64,000 nucleotides of DNA from an uncultured Bifidobacteriaceae bacterium (GTDB lineage: Bacteria; Acidobacteriota; Vicinamibacteria; Vicinamibacterales; JAMQPK01), in the NCBI GenBank assembly GCA_964356125.1, contig CAYHHH010000008.1, positions 4,337 to 68,336 on the forward strand, given 5' to 3'. The position numbers and the translations under genes were made by a program. This document shows positions 45,126 through 55,028 of the stretch, in pieces; within the stretch, counting starts at the first letter, position 1; the number at the start of each line of letters is the position of its first letter. The notes under the pieces are model-generated. The model was not told the DNA's origin, did not search any database, and saw only the letters and a program-made list of their open reading frames with translations.

Positions 45126-46071
45126 CCATACCGCTGCGAGCCTGGCCATCCTGGTGCCCACCAAGGACCGGCCGCAGAAGATCCGAACGCTATTGCAGAC
45201 CCTGGTGGCACAGTCCTCCGCATGCGCCCGGGTGATCATCATCGATGGCGGTGTCAGCGTTCGCGACGTGGTGATGGAGTTCGCCGATCGGCTGCCGGTC
45301 GAGCATCATGCCTGTCTGCCGCCCGGCCAGATCAAGCAGCGTCTCATGGGGTTGGCGATGCTGAACGACGGCACCCCGCTGGTGGCGTTGCTCGACGACG
45401 ATATCGAACTGGAGCCGGAGGCGGTCGAGAACATGATTGCTTTCTGGAATCGGGTCGAACCGGACACCGCCGCCGTGTCGTTCAACATCGTCAACACCCC
45501 GCCCGAGCCGAACACGGCAATCCGGCGACTGTTCTTCCTGGCCGGCCAACGGCCGGGGCAGGTGCTGGCGTCCGGGATGTCGACATCCAATTGCCAGGTG
45601 TCATCCGACTGGCGGGTGGAGTGGGTGTGCGGCGGCGCCACGGTGTGGCGGGTGGCCGTACTGCGGGCGCATCCGCAGCGCGTGCTACCGGCAAAGTGGG
45701 CGATCGCCGAAGACCTCGCCTACAGCCACCCGATCGGTAGGCAGTTGCCGATGTACGTGTGCGCCGGCGCGCGCGTGCGCCACGAGCATGTATTCGATTA
45801 CAAGGTGAAGCGTCAGCATCGCTTCCACGGATATACGCAGACGTTGTGGCTCTATCACTTTGTGCAGTCATCGCCATTCCTGTCACTGCCGGCGTTCTAC
45901 TGGATGACCGTCGGCTCGGCACTGGCCAGGACCTTCGCGACTGCCGGCGGCCGGTTCGAGCACCTGCAGTTCGCGATTGGCCAGTTCGACGCCCTCAAGC
46001 GCGGAACCTCCGCCTTGCTGCGCGGCCGCGACATTGGTGAAGTCATCGCCCAGGATGCCGATCGAGACTGA
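45118..46071 (+). CDS. Glycosyltransferase family 2
   Basis: LAILVPTKDR, VIIIDGG and LLDDDIEL (DxD). Confidence 0.85.
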   Translation: MASHTAASLAILVPTKDRPQKIRTLLQTLVAQSSACARVIIIDGGVSVRDVVMEFADRLPVEHHACLPPGQIKQRLMGLAMLNDGTPLVALLDDDIELEPEAVENMIAFWNRVEPDTAAVSFNIVNTPPEPNTAIRRLFFLAGQRPGQVLASGMSTSNCQVSSDWRVEWVCGGATVWRVAVLRAHPQRVLPAKWAIAEDLAYSHPIGRQLPMYVCAGARVRHEHVFDYKVKRQHRFHGYTQTLWLYHFVQSSPFLSLPAFYWMTVGSALARTFATAGGRFEHLQFAIGQFDALKRGTSALLRGRDIGEVIAQDADRD

Positions 46072-47365
46072 CGCCACCGTGGGTCTGGCGCCCGGGCTGG
46101 CTGGCCGCGCGGCGAACGTGCTCGCCGTGTTTCTGTTTCCCGTGTTGCTGACCGCGGCGGTGTGCAATCAGCCGCGGCCCTATCCGCTCATCACTCGAAT
46201 GGGCGAGTTGACTTCGGTGCTGTCAATCGCGATGGCTGGACTGTTGCTGCTGACGACTTTCCCGCGACGCTTTTGGCCCTGGGGAATCCTCGGCTTCGTC
46301 CTGGCGCTCAGGTTCCAGCGCCTGGTGAGCCCGTCACCTTCATCGGTGGCCACCCTGACCTACGCTTTTGCCGTCTCATTGCTGTTTGCCGCCGCCGGTG
46401 CCGTGATTCTGGCGCGGCATCCAAAGCTGATCAGGAACCAGCTGACGGCGTTCATCGTCGCTTCGGGTCCATTAATGTTGATCCAGCTCTCTGGGGTCTC
46501 GGCCTGGGCCCACGTGCTGCGGACCGACCTGCATACCTACGAGGACCGTCTCTATCAGATGGTCCCGGTGCTGTTTGTCCCGCCCGAGGCGGTCGTCATC
46601 ACGACGCTGCAGGCGCGCCCCGCTGGATTCCTCCACGCCAACAACTTTCTCTCGTTGTTCCTTGCCTTTGCCATGGCGTTGTACTTCGGCCGGCCGTCTC
46701 GGGGGCGGATCGCATTCCGCGACGTCATGGTGGTGGGCGTGCTGACGCTTGCCATGTCGAAGACGGCTTTCGTGGTGTTTGTGTTGATGATGGTCGCCAT
46801 GTCGGTCACGGGAGACCGAGCTCAACGAACGTACGCATTGAGTCTGACCGGCCTGCTGGTGGTCGAGCTGGTCGCCTACCGGACGCTCTTCCCCGGACTA
46901 TTCGCCTACACCGCATCGCTCGACCTGGCACTGTTGAACCTCGAGCTGAGAATTGCCGATATTCTGCTCGCGTCAGGCAACCCCACCCTGACTGCCCTGG
47001 CCAACGAATGGCTGCCGCTCGCGGTTGCGCGGCTGGAGCCATCGAAGATTGGCGCTGAGTCCGCCTATGCCTTGATCGCCGCCTCCGGTGCGGCCGTGGT
47101 GTCAATCGCCGTGCTGACGCCTCTGTACCTCCGAGCCCTCAGGCGGTTCGGCCGCCGAAATCCCGACTGGCGGATGGCGGTGATGCTGTCGGCGATTGCC
47201 CTTGGCGTAGTGCCGGCGATGACGTCCTTTCTGGGGTCGACGGCGATGGCGTTTCTGTGCGGCTTCGCGGTGCTGCCGCTCGCGGCGGTGTGGGAGCCCC
47301 GGTTCGAGCTGCTGATGCGGCGCGCCTTGGAGGCAGCGGCCCCGGCCGCGGCGGGTCGCACCTGA
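46055..47365 (+). CDS. Polytopic membrane protein, O-antigen polymerase/ligase-like (Wzy/WaaL/PglL superfamily candidate)
   Basis: About 10-12 hydrophobic segments with one larger loop. Sits between glycosyltransferase genes. ATG 46055 chosen inside ORF 45977..47365. Confidence 0.55.
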   Translation: MPIETDATVGLAPGLAGRAANVLAVFLFPVLLTAAVCNQPRPYPLITRMGELTSVLSIAMAGLLLLTTFPRRFWPWGILGFVLALRFQRLVSPSPSSVATLTYAFAVSLLFAAAGAVILARHPKLIRNQLTAFIVASGPLMLIQLSGVSAWAHVLRTDLHTYEDRLYQMVPVLFVPPEAVVITTLQARPAGFLHANNFLSLFLAFAMALYFGRPSRGRIAFRDVMVVGVLTLAMSKTAFVVFVLMMVAMSVTGDRAQRTYALSLTGLLVVELVAYRTLFPGLFAYTASLDLALLNLELRIADILLASGNPTLTALANEWLPLAVARLEPSKIGAESAYALIAASGAAVVSIAVLTPLYLRALRRFGRRNPDWRMAVMLSAIALGVVPAMTSFLGSTAMAFLCGFAVLPLAAVWEPRFELLMRRALEAAAPAAAGRT

Positions 47366-48559
47366 ATGGCGGCGCCGATTCGAGTGGCGATCTACGAGCC
47401 GTATCCGATGGGTCTCGGTGGCGGCAACCTGCGCACGCAGCTTTACATTTTGCGTGGCATCAATCGCCAGGTCATCGAACCGCTGGTCATCACGCCTGAC
47501 GCCGCGCCGTTCATCGAGCGGTTCCGGGCGCTCGGTGTCGAATGCCTGGTGGAGCCGCCGCCCGACTCGGTCAATCGGTTCGCCGGTCAGGTGCTGAGGG
47601 ATTCGCCGCTACGCAAGATCAGGAACGTCTTCGATCTAATGCGCTACAACCTGCGACTGGCCCGGTTGTTCAGGCAGCGCCGTGTCGACGTCCTTTACTG
47701 CAACAGCATTCGCGCCGTGCTGCTGGCCGGTCTTGGCGCCCGTCTCGCCGGTGTGCCGGTGCTCTGGTACATCAAGGGGCGGCTGGAGAATCCATGGCTT
47801 GATCGCCTGGGCTTTGCCGTCGCCACCCGGATCCTGTTCTTTTGCGCTGCCAATCGCGACGATGACTATCCCGCGCTGGTGGCCCGTTACCAGGACAAGA
47901 TCGGCATTTTGCGCATCGGTCTCGACCGCACCGCGATCGCGGCAGCGGAACAGAGCGACCGTCAGGCGCTTGCTCGCGAACTCGACATCCGCCCCGGCCG
48001 CATCAACGCCATCATGCTGGGGCAGGTCTACCGTCCAAAGGGTCAGCACTACGTACTGGAAGGCCTCCAGGAAGTGGTGCGCGAGTTCCCCAGCTTCATG
48101 CTCTACATCGCCGGCGATCACGTGCTCGATCAATATCGCCCGTACCGGGAAGAGCTCGAGCGGATTGTCGCCCGTGACGGCCTGGAAAGGCATGTGCGTT
48201 TCATCGGCTGGCGAACCGATGCCCTGCCGATCCTGAGCCTGATGGACATCATGGTCCATCCCTCGCTGAACGAAGGGTTCGGCCGCGCCGTTCTGGAGGC
48301 GATGGCCATGGGCCGGGCGGTGGTCGCCTCATCGGTGGGCGGCCTCCGCGAAGCGATCCGCGACGGCGAAAACGGTTTTCTCGTGCCGCCGCGCGACACC
48401 GCCGCGTTGATCGACCGCATCCTCCGTCTGGCGCGAGATCCAGATCTGCGCGAGCGTTTCGGGCGCGCGGCGCGCCGCGAAGTGTTCGCACACTACCTGA
48501 TCGACGACAAGGTCTGCGAGTTGCAGCAGATCTGGCTTCAGATGGCGGGACGCGCCTGA
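47366..48559 (+). CDS. Glycosyltransferase family 4 (GT-B, GT1-type)
   Basis: EGFGRAVLEAMAMGRAVVASSVGGLREAIRDGENGFLV (E-x7-E region). Confidence 0.9.
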   Translation: MAAPIRVAIYEPYPMGLGGGNLRTQLYILRGINRQVIEPLVITPDAAPFIERFRALGVECLVEPPPDSVNRFAGQVLRDSPLRKIRNVFDLMRYNLRLARLFRQRRVDVLYCNSIRAVLLAGLGARLAGVPVLWYIKGRLENPWLDRLGFAVATRILFFCAANRDDDYPALVARYQDKIGILRIGLDRTAIAAAEQSDRQALARELDIRPGRINAIMLGQVYRPKGQHYVLEGLQEVVREFPSFMLYIAGDHVLDQYRPYREELERIVARDGLERHVRFIGWRTDALPILSLMDIMVHPSLNEGFGRAVLEAMAMGRAVVASSVGGLREAIRDGENGFLVPPRDTAALIDRILRLARDPDLRERFGRAARREVFAHYLIDDKVCELQQIWLQMAGRA

Positions 48560-48560
48560 T

Positions 48561-50492
48561 ATGTGCGGCGTTGCAGGCGAGTTGACGTTCGACGGCCGTC
48601 CGGCATCAGCCGACGCGGTTCGGGCGATGACGGACGCGCTGCAGCATCGCGGCCCGGACGATGCCGGCTTGTACTGCGATGGCCCGATCGGCCTCGGCCA
48701 CCGGCGGCTTGCCATCATCGACCTGTCGCCGGGCGGGCACCAGCCGATGTGGACGGCTGATGGCCGATTTGCAGTGATCTTCAACGGCGAGATCTACAAC
48801 TACCAGGAGTTGGCCCGGGAGTTGCTCGCCACCGGGTACCGATTCCAGAACCAGAGCGATACCGAAGTACTGCTCGCAGCCGTCGCGACCTGGGGCGTCG
48901 AGCGCGCGCTACAGCGCTTCATCGGCATGTTCGCGTTCGCCCTGTGGGACAGCCGGGAGCGGATCCTGACCCTGTGCCGCGACCGCGTTGGGATCAAGCC
49001 CCTGCACTATTTTGTCGACGGCACACGGCTGCTGTTTGCGTCTGAGCTCAAGGCGATCGTCGTGCATCCCAGCTTCCAGCGCACGGTGAACCCCGCTGCG
49101 GTCGCTCAGTTCCTCTCGATCGGCTACATCGTCGCGCCGGCGACCATCTACGATCGCACCTACAAGCTGCCGGCGGCGTGCTATGCGCGCGTGACCGAGG
49201 ACGGCCGCGTCTCGCTGCATCGGTACTGGAGCCTTGACCAGGTTCAACGCGGGGCCTTTCACGGCACGCTCGAAGACGCTGCTGCTGAACTCGACATCCT
49301 GGCCGAAAGCGCGTTTCGCTACCGGTTGGTGTCAGACGTGCCGGTCGGCGTGTTCCTCTCGGGCGGCACCGATTCGTCGTATCTTGCCGGCGTCCTGCGC
49401 CGCCGCATTGGCGCCGACCTGCTGCACCTGACCATCGGTTTTCATAACGAGGCGTTTGACGAGAGCGCGAAAGCGCGGCAGGTCGCCGAGACCCTGGGCG
49501 TGCGTCACCAGGTGCGCTACCTGGACGCAACGCAGGCGCAGGGCATGCTTGAGCGCTTCGTCGAGGTCTACGACGAGCCGTTCAGCGACACTTCCGGCCT
49601 GCCGACGCTGCTGGTATCGGCGATGGCTCGTGAGTACGTGAAGGTGGTGCTGTCGGCTGACGGCGGGGACGAGCAGTTCAGTGGCTATCCCAGTTACGTG
49701 GAGTACGCGGCCCGGTCCGACAGCATGCGAATGGTGCCGTCGATGGTGCGCCGGGCGTTGGCCTCGGCGCTTCGTGCCCTGCCACTGGCCGCCGTCGCGT
49801 CGGCCTGGTCGGCCCGCGACGCCTCGGGCCTGAGGCCCCAGGCAGTCGCCCGTCTCGAGAAAGGCATCGAGCTCATCGGCGCCGTGTCGGTGGCCGATGT
49901 CCTGCAGCTTATGAACGAGAAAGCGTGGCCGTTCTCGAAGGTCGGTGGCTTGATGGCGGGTCAACCAACGGTTGATCCCGCGGCCGGGACACCGCTCGCC
50001 TTCCTGCACGGTGACCTTCGCGGCCACCGCCTGGTCGACGCCATGATGCGCACCGACTACGCCATGTTCCTGGCCGACGATGTCCTCACCAAAGTGGACC
50101 GGGCGTCGATGGCGGCGTCCCTCGAGTGCCGCGATCCCTTTCTCGATCACCGCATCGCCGAGTTCGCCTTCTCCCTGCCGCTGGAGTTCCTCACATCGCG
50201 AGGTGAACAGAAACACATCCTCAAGAACGCGCTGCGGTCATGGCTGGCCGAGCCGATCGTCTCCGCCCCCAAGCGCGGCTTCATGATCCCGTTGTACCAA
50301 TGGCTACGCGGGCCGTGGCGGCCGATGGTGGAGCGGCACCTCTCGGCTGCCGCCATCGAACGCGCCGGCCTGCTCGACGTTGCTGCGACCCGCGCCGCGG
50401 TCGACGGGTTCTACGCCAGGCCCGGCTTGCGTGCCGAGCGCATCATGTCACTGCTGCTGCTGCAAATGTGGGCCGGGCGCTGGAGTGGTTGA
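48561..50492 (+). CDS. asnB: Asparagine synthase (glutamine-hydrolysing), WbpS-like amidotransferase
   Basis: MCGVAG N-terminal Cys nucleophile, HRGPDD and PP-loop FLSGGTDSS. Confidence 0.9.
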   Translation: MCGVAGELTFDGRPASADAVRAMTDALQHRGPDDAGLYCDGPIGLGHRRLAIIDLSPGGHQPMWTADGRFAVIFNGEIYNYQELARELLATGYRFQNQSDTEVLLAAVATWGVERALQRFIGMFAFALWDSRERILTLCRDRVGIKPLHYFVDGTRLLFASELKAIVVHPSFQRTVNPAAVAQFLSIGYIVAPATIYDRTYKLPAACYARVTEDGRVSLHRYWSLDQVQRGAFHGTLEDAAAELDILAESAFRYRLVSDVPVGVFLSGGTDSSYLAGVLRRRIGADLLHLTIGFHNEAFDESAKARQVAETLGVRHQVRYLDATQAQGMLERFVEVYDEPFSDTSGLPTLLVSAMAREYVKVVLSADGGDEQFSGYPSYVEYAARSDSMRMVPSMVRRALASALRALPLAAVASAWSARDASGLRPQAVARLEKGIELIGAVSVADVLQLMNEKAWPFSKVGGLMAGQPTVDPAAGTPLAFLHGDLRGHRLVDAMMRTDYAMFLADDVLTKVDRASMAASLECRDPFLDHRIAEFAFSLPLEFLTSRGEQKHILKNALRSWLAEPIVSAPKRGFMIPLYQWLRGPWRPMVERHLSAAAIERAGLLDVAATRAAVDGFYARPGLRAERIMSLLLLQMWAGRWSG

Positions 50493-50496
50493 CCTC

Positions 50497-51543
50497 GTGA
50501 CGGACGACCTGCGCGATCGCGACGCGATCGCGGCGGCGCTGGCGGCCGCCACCGGCCAGGCGGTTGTCGAGACCGGCGCCCTTTCGCGCAATCACTTCTC
50601 GTTTCTGTTTCGGGCGCAACTGGCCTCCGGCCTGCGAGTCATGGTGAAGGTGCCGAAAACCGACCTACGCCAGCGGTCCGACGGTCTGCTGGCGCTGACC
50701 AGCGCCGATCGCGCGCTGGGCAGGGCCGAGTTTGACAGTTTGACCTTTCTTCAGCAGGAGTGGCAGGGCGACGATGTCAACGTGCGGTGGGTGCGTCCGG
50801 TCGCCTACCTGGCGCCGTTCAACGCGGTGGTCACCGAATGGGTGGAGGCTGACGAGGTCTGTGAGCGCTACCGTGCGCGCACGCTGCGGCAGTGGCTTGG
50901 CAACCGCTCCGCAGGGCGCGAGCTGACCAGCGCGCTAGCGGGATTTGGCACCGCACTGGCGCACCTGCATCAGCGGCATGGCCGCCCACTCTCGCTGCCC
51001 GGGGAGCCGATGGCGGTGCGGCTCGACGACTATGCCCGACGGCTGATATCGAAGCGTGGCCCCGACCCGGTGCTGAGGGGCATCAACCTCGCGGCATCCC
51101 GCATCGCCGGGGAGTGCTGGGACACGCTCGAGACGCCCACGCTCAAAGGCATCGACATCCGCAATGTTCTCGAAGACCGCTCGGGCTCGACCTGGTTGCT
51201 CGATCCCGGTAAGATTAAGTGCACCGCTAGGGAGGCCGACCTCGCGCGATTCCTCCTCACCTGGCGCATTCTGTTCTGGGGGACTCCCTGGTTCGCGTTT
51301 GGTGCGAGGCCGCATCCAGCGGTCGAAGGGGCGTTCGTGGCCGCGTATTGGCAGGATCAGCCCCACGCCCGGCGCGCGATGTACGCGTACGAGCTGAAGG
51401 AAACCCTCAAGCACTGGCTGACCGCTCTCGATTCGCTCGCGATCAAGATGTGGCCGCGTCCGATCACGTCCGCCGCGTGTCGTGGCTACATCGACCCCTT
51501 TTACCGCCATCAAGTGGAGCGCCTGTTGCGGGCCCTGGCATGA
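50497..51543 (+). CDS. Protein-kinase-like-fold phosphotransferase (APH/choline-kinase-like)
   Basis: GTG 50497 inside ORF 50380..51543. VMVKVPK (ATP lysine), GIDIRNVL catalytic-loop-like and LLDPGK (DFG-like). Confidence 0.6.
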   Translation: MTDDLRDRDAIAAALAAATGQAVVETGALSRNHFSFLFRAQLASGLRVMVKVPKTDLRQRSDGLLALTSADRALGRAEFDSLTFLQQEWQGDDVNVRWVRPVAYLAPFNAVVTEWVEADEVCERYRARTLRQWLGNRSAGRELTSALAGFGTALAHLHQRHGRPLSLPGEPMAVRLDDYARRLISKRGPDPVLRGINLAASRIAGECWDTLETPTLKGIDIRNVLEDRSGSTWLLDPGKIKCTAREADLARFLLTWRILFWGTPWFAFGARPHPAVEGAFVAAYWQDQPHARRAMYAYELKETLKHWLTALDSLAIKMWPRPITSAACRGYIDPFYRHQVERLLRALA

Positions 51544-52208
51544 CCGACTACGAGCGCGACACCCGGCACGCCTACCAGACGCGTGCGCGTGCGATGTCCT
51601 ATCGTGATTATCAGCAGCGCGACTGGTCGTGGGGGCGGCTGTCGACGGTGATGGAGCAACGTGCGCTGCGGCGGATGATGCGGCCGTTGCTGCATCCCGA
51701 CGACCTCGTGCTCGACATGCCGTGCGGCACCGGTATTCTGGCCCCCCTGCTGACGGCGGCGCGGGCTCGGGTGGTGGCGGCGGATATCTCGACCGAGATG
51801 ATGGCGCTGGCCCTTGAAACTTATGCTGCCACCTGCGTCGCCCACGCCCAGGCCGACATCACCGCGCTGCCATTCCGCAGCGGCAGCATCGATACGGTCA
51901 TGACGATCGGGTTCATGCACCGGGTGCCGCCGGGCGTCCGTCGCGCGGCGTTGCAGGAGATCGCCCGGGTGTCCCGGCGGTTCGCCATCGTGTCGTTCAG
52001 TCTTGACTCGCCACTGCAGCGCGTCAAGCACGCCGTGCTGCGCGCCGTCACGTCACGCCACGTCCCCGCGCCGAGTCCCGCTCACGGCGGACAGGTCGAG
52101 GCCGAGATTCGTGCTGCCGGCTGCCGGGTGGCCGCCCGGGTCGCCATCCTGCCGTGGCTGTCGGCCGAGTGGCTCTACCTGATTGAGAAGACGGAACCTC
52201 CGGCGTGA
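51540..52208 (+). CDS. Class I SAM-dependent methyltransferase
   Basis: ATG 51540 ATGA-coupled. VLDMPCGTG motif I, ADIS and IDTVMTIGFMH. Confidence 0.8.
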   Translation: MTDYERDTRHAYQTRARAMSYRDYQQRDWSWGRLSTVMEQRALRRMMRPLLHPDDLVLDMPCGTGILAPLLTAARARVVAADISTEMMALALETYAATCVAHAQADITALPFRSGSIDTVMTIGFMHRVPPGVRRAALQEIARVSRRFAIVSFSLDSPLQRVKHAVLRAVTSRHVPAPSPAHGGQVEAEIRAAGCRVAARVAILPWLSAEWLYLIEKTEPPA

Positions 52209-53014
52209 GAATCATGGGCCGGCCTGTTCGCCGCTACGTCGCCAACCTTGCCCGCCTGCACCTGCACGTCCGCGACGTCGCGCGGACGATCGTGCTCTTC
52301 AAGCAGCCGTGGTCGGTGCTCCGCGACTATGTGCGCCGCCAGCCGCCCGCGTCGGGCTGCCTCGAGTTGCGTTCGGGCCTGCGGATCTTCGTATCGCACG
52401 ATCCGCTCGACGTGGTGACGGTCGTCGGCATCTTCGTGCGCCGCGACTACGGGCTGGTCGAAGCTGGTAGCGAGGTGATCGACATTGGCGCCAACATTGG
52501 CGTGTTCACGCTGTTTGCCGCGCATTGCGGCGCGGCGCGCGTCCACTGTTACGAGCCCAGCGCCGAGGCCTTTGCCTGTCTCGCCCGGAACGTGCGCGAG
52601 AACGCACTGGAGTCACGCGTCGCCGCCCACCAAGTGGCCGTCGGCGCCGGTCCCGAGCGCTCCGTGATGTTTCCGCGCCAGTCGAGCGTCTTCAACGCGA
52701 TCGGTGCCACCCGCGACGGCGAATGCGACCCGGTTCGCCTCGAGACGCTGGCCACGGTCGTCGCGCGGCTCGATCGTCCGGCACTGATCAAGCTCGATTG
52801 CGAGGGTGAAGAAGAGTTCATCCTTTCCGACGCCAGCGACGACACGGTCCGGAAGGTCACGCGCATTCGCTTCGAGTATCACAAGGGACGCGGCGCCGCG
52901 ATCATGGCGAACCTTGTCGCGCGGGGCTTTGCGGTCGAACATGTGTGGGCCGCCGACGACAAGGGCGGCCTAGTCTGGATGCGCCGCCTCGATAGCGTGG
53001 CGGCACGGCCATGA
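52205..53014 (+). CDS. FkbM-family methyltransferase
   Basis: VIDIGANIGVFTLFAA...YEPSAEAF, characteristic of FkbM. GTGA overlap. Confidence 0.85.
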   Translation: MRIMGRPVRRYVANLARLHLHVRDVARTIVLFKQPWSVLRDYVRRQPPASGCLELRSGLRIFVSHDPLDVVTVVGIFVRRDYGLVEAGSEVIDIGANIGVFTLFAAHCGAARVHCYEPSAEAFACLARNVRENALESRVAAHQVAVGAGPERSVMFPRQSSVFNAIGATRDGECDPVRLETLATVVARLDRPALIKLDCEGEEEFILSDASDDTVRKVTRIRFEYHKGRGAAIMANLVARGFAVEHVWAADDKGGLVWMRRLDSVAARP

Positions 53015-54186
53015 CGCTAGCCCTGATTTGCCCAGATGGCTTGTCGGTGCTGCTGTTTTGCAAGGGCATCATCAAGATTCTCCGCCGTGACGGCGCGACC
53101 CGCGTGGTGGTCGTGACGGAGGCGGGCCCGCATCGCGCCGAGCTCGAGGCTCTGGGGGTGAGCGTTCGCGACCTGCCGATGGACCGATTCATCGACCCGG
53201 CGGGCGATCTGGTCTTCGTCTGGCGGCTGACCCGGATCCTGCGGGAGGAGCGCTGCACCGCCGTGCTGAACTTCTCGACTAAGTCCAACATCTACGGCGC
53301 GATGGCCGCACGGCTGGCCGGGGTCCCGGCCGTTGTGTCGCACGTCGTCGGTCTCGGGGCCTCGTTCTTGCCCGACCGCTCGTGGCGGGGGATCGCCATG
53401 CGCGCGACGATGCGCGGGCTCTACCGCCTGTGTGGACGTCTGAGCGACTACGTGTGGTTCACCAATCGCAACGATCGGGAGTACTTTATCGAGCGCGGGT
53501 TGGTGCCGGCGGCCAAGACCCTGCTGACGCGGAACTACCTTGACACCACTGAATACGTGGCAGAGCGGGAGTCCACGGCGGAGGTTGCCGGCCTGCGGCT
53601 CGAACTCGGGCTCGCCCCCGGGCACGTGGTGGTGGTGATGGTGGCGCGGTTGATCTGGCCAAAGGGCGTGCGGGAGTTCGCCGATGCGGCGCGGCTGCTG
53701 CGCGACTCGCACCCCGCGCTGCGGTTCTTGCTCGTCGCTCCGCCCGAGCCGCCCAGCCTGCAGACCGTTCCCGAAGCATTTGTCCGCGAACGCGAGCAAG
53801 ACGGCAACTTTCGCTGGCTTGGCTTCCGCCGCGATGTCCGCCGGGTCTACGCCCTCACCGATATCGGCGTGCTGCCGTCGTACTACAAGGAAGGCGGCTA
53901 TCCGCGGGCCCTGCTGGAACCAATGTCGATGGGCAAACCGATCATTACCACCACCAGTGATGACTGCCGCGGTACCGTAGACGATGGCGTCAATGGCCTG
54001 CTGGTACCGCCGCGTGACGCCGTCGCGCTGGCAACGGCGATCGCCAGGCTCGCAGATGACGCGTCGTTGCGCGTGCGGTTCGGGCTGGCGTCACGCCGCA
54101 AAGTGGTCGCCGAGTTCGAGGAGAGCACCATCCTGCGAGGCGCCCTGCGCCAAGCCGGTCTTTTGCCCGACGCGTCTGAGGCATGA
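53011..54186 (+). CDS. Glycosyltransferase family 4 (GT-B, GT1-type)
   Basis: EGGYPRALLEPMSMGKPIITTTSDDCRGTVDDGVNGLLV. Confidence 0.85.
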   Translation: MTLALICPDGLSVLLFCKGIIKILRRDGATRVVVVTEAGPHRAELEALGVSVRDLPMDRFIDPAGDLVFVWRLTRILREERCTAVLNFSTKSNIYGAMAARLAGVPAVVSHVVGLGASFLPDRSWRGIAMRATMRGLYRLCGRLSDYVWFTNRNDREYFIERGLVPAAKTLLTRNYLDTTEYVAERESTAEVAGLRLELGLAPGHVVVVMVARLIWPKGVREFADAARLLRDSHPALRFLLVAPPEPPSLQTVPEAFVREREQDGNFRWLGFRRDVRRVYALTDIGVLPSYYKEGGYPRALLEPMSMGKPIITTTSDDCRGTVDDGVNGLLVPPRDAVALATAIARLADDASLRVRFGLASRRKVVAEFEESTILRGALRQAGLLPDASEA

Positions 54187-54950
54187 ACCTCTACACTTTC
54201 GCCAAGGCCGCGCTGTTGCCGGGTACGCTCGGGTTCCTGTTCATTGGACTGGCCACGGGATTGGCGTGCTTGCGATGGCCCCGGACAAATGGTCTGGCGC
54301 GCCGCTGGCTGTGGCTGCTGGTCTTGGGGTACGTTGCGATGAGTATGCCGGGCGGCGCCTGCGGTTTGGAATCAATGGTCTCGGCGGGCTATGCGCCCGT
54401 GAACGACCCGCGGCAGCTCGAGGGTTTGGGCGGCGTGATTGTGCTCGATGGTGGCACTGCGCGACTCGGCCGTGACGGCCTTGCGAGTGCTGTCCCCGTT
54501 CGGGTTAGCGTCGAGCGAGGGCTCGAGGCCGCGCGCGTTTACCGGATGATGGCGGCGCCGCTGGTGGTCGTGACCGGCGGAGCATACGAGCGGGTGACTG
54601 GTATCCCGGAGGGGGCCAGCCTGGCCAATCTCCTGGTCGAACTGGGCGTGCCGCGCGATCGAATCATGCTCGATGACCAATCCCGCAGCACGGCGGAAAG
54701 CGCTAGAAACGTGCCTCGGCTGTTGCGGCAGCAGGGCATCGAGCGCTGGGCCCTCGTGACGTCGGCCGTGCACATGCGGCGATCAGTGCGCGCGTTCGGC
54801 GCCGAGGCGGGAGTTGCGGCGCCAGCGCCGGTGAGTTGCGGCGCCCGAAACTGGTGGCTCCCGCAGCCGGGTTCGCTCGAGCGCAGTTATCAGGCCCTCT
54901 ATGAAGCTGTGGGTCTTCCCTATTACATTGTCCGTGGCTGGATCGACTAG
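54183..54950 (+). CDS. YdcF/DUF218-family protein
   Basis: N-terminal TM helices, VVVTGG and DDQSRSTAESA motifs of DUF218 (ElyC/SanA-like). Confidence 0.75.
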   Translation: MNLYTFAKAALLPGTLGFLFIGLATGLACLRWPRTNGLARRWLWLLVLGYVAMSMPGGACGLESMVSAGYAPVNDPRQLEGLGGVIVLDGGTARLGRDGLASAVPVRVSVERGLEAARVYRMMAAPLVVVTGGAYERVTGIPEGASLANLLVELGVPRDRIMLDDQSRSTAESARNVPRLLRQQGIERWALVTSAVHMRRSVRAFGAEAGVAAPAPVSCGARNWWLPQPGSLERSYQALYEAVGLPYYIVRGWID

Positions 54951-55028
54951 TTGACTGGGCAAGTGATACCCTCGTCTCCGCTGCGGGCCATGTGCCCCGC
55001 ACGGTTAGCTGGCTGGTAGCGAAACCTC

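Noticed and set aside
54951-55028. TTGACT hexamer and a GC hairpin (GCGGG...CCCGC) in the gap after the DUF218 gene, considered as a promoter or terminator.
   Set aside because: There is no acceptable -10 box at 16-19 nt spacing. The hairpin has a 5-bp stem, an 8-nt loop and no U-tract.
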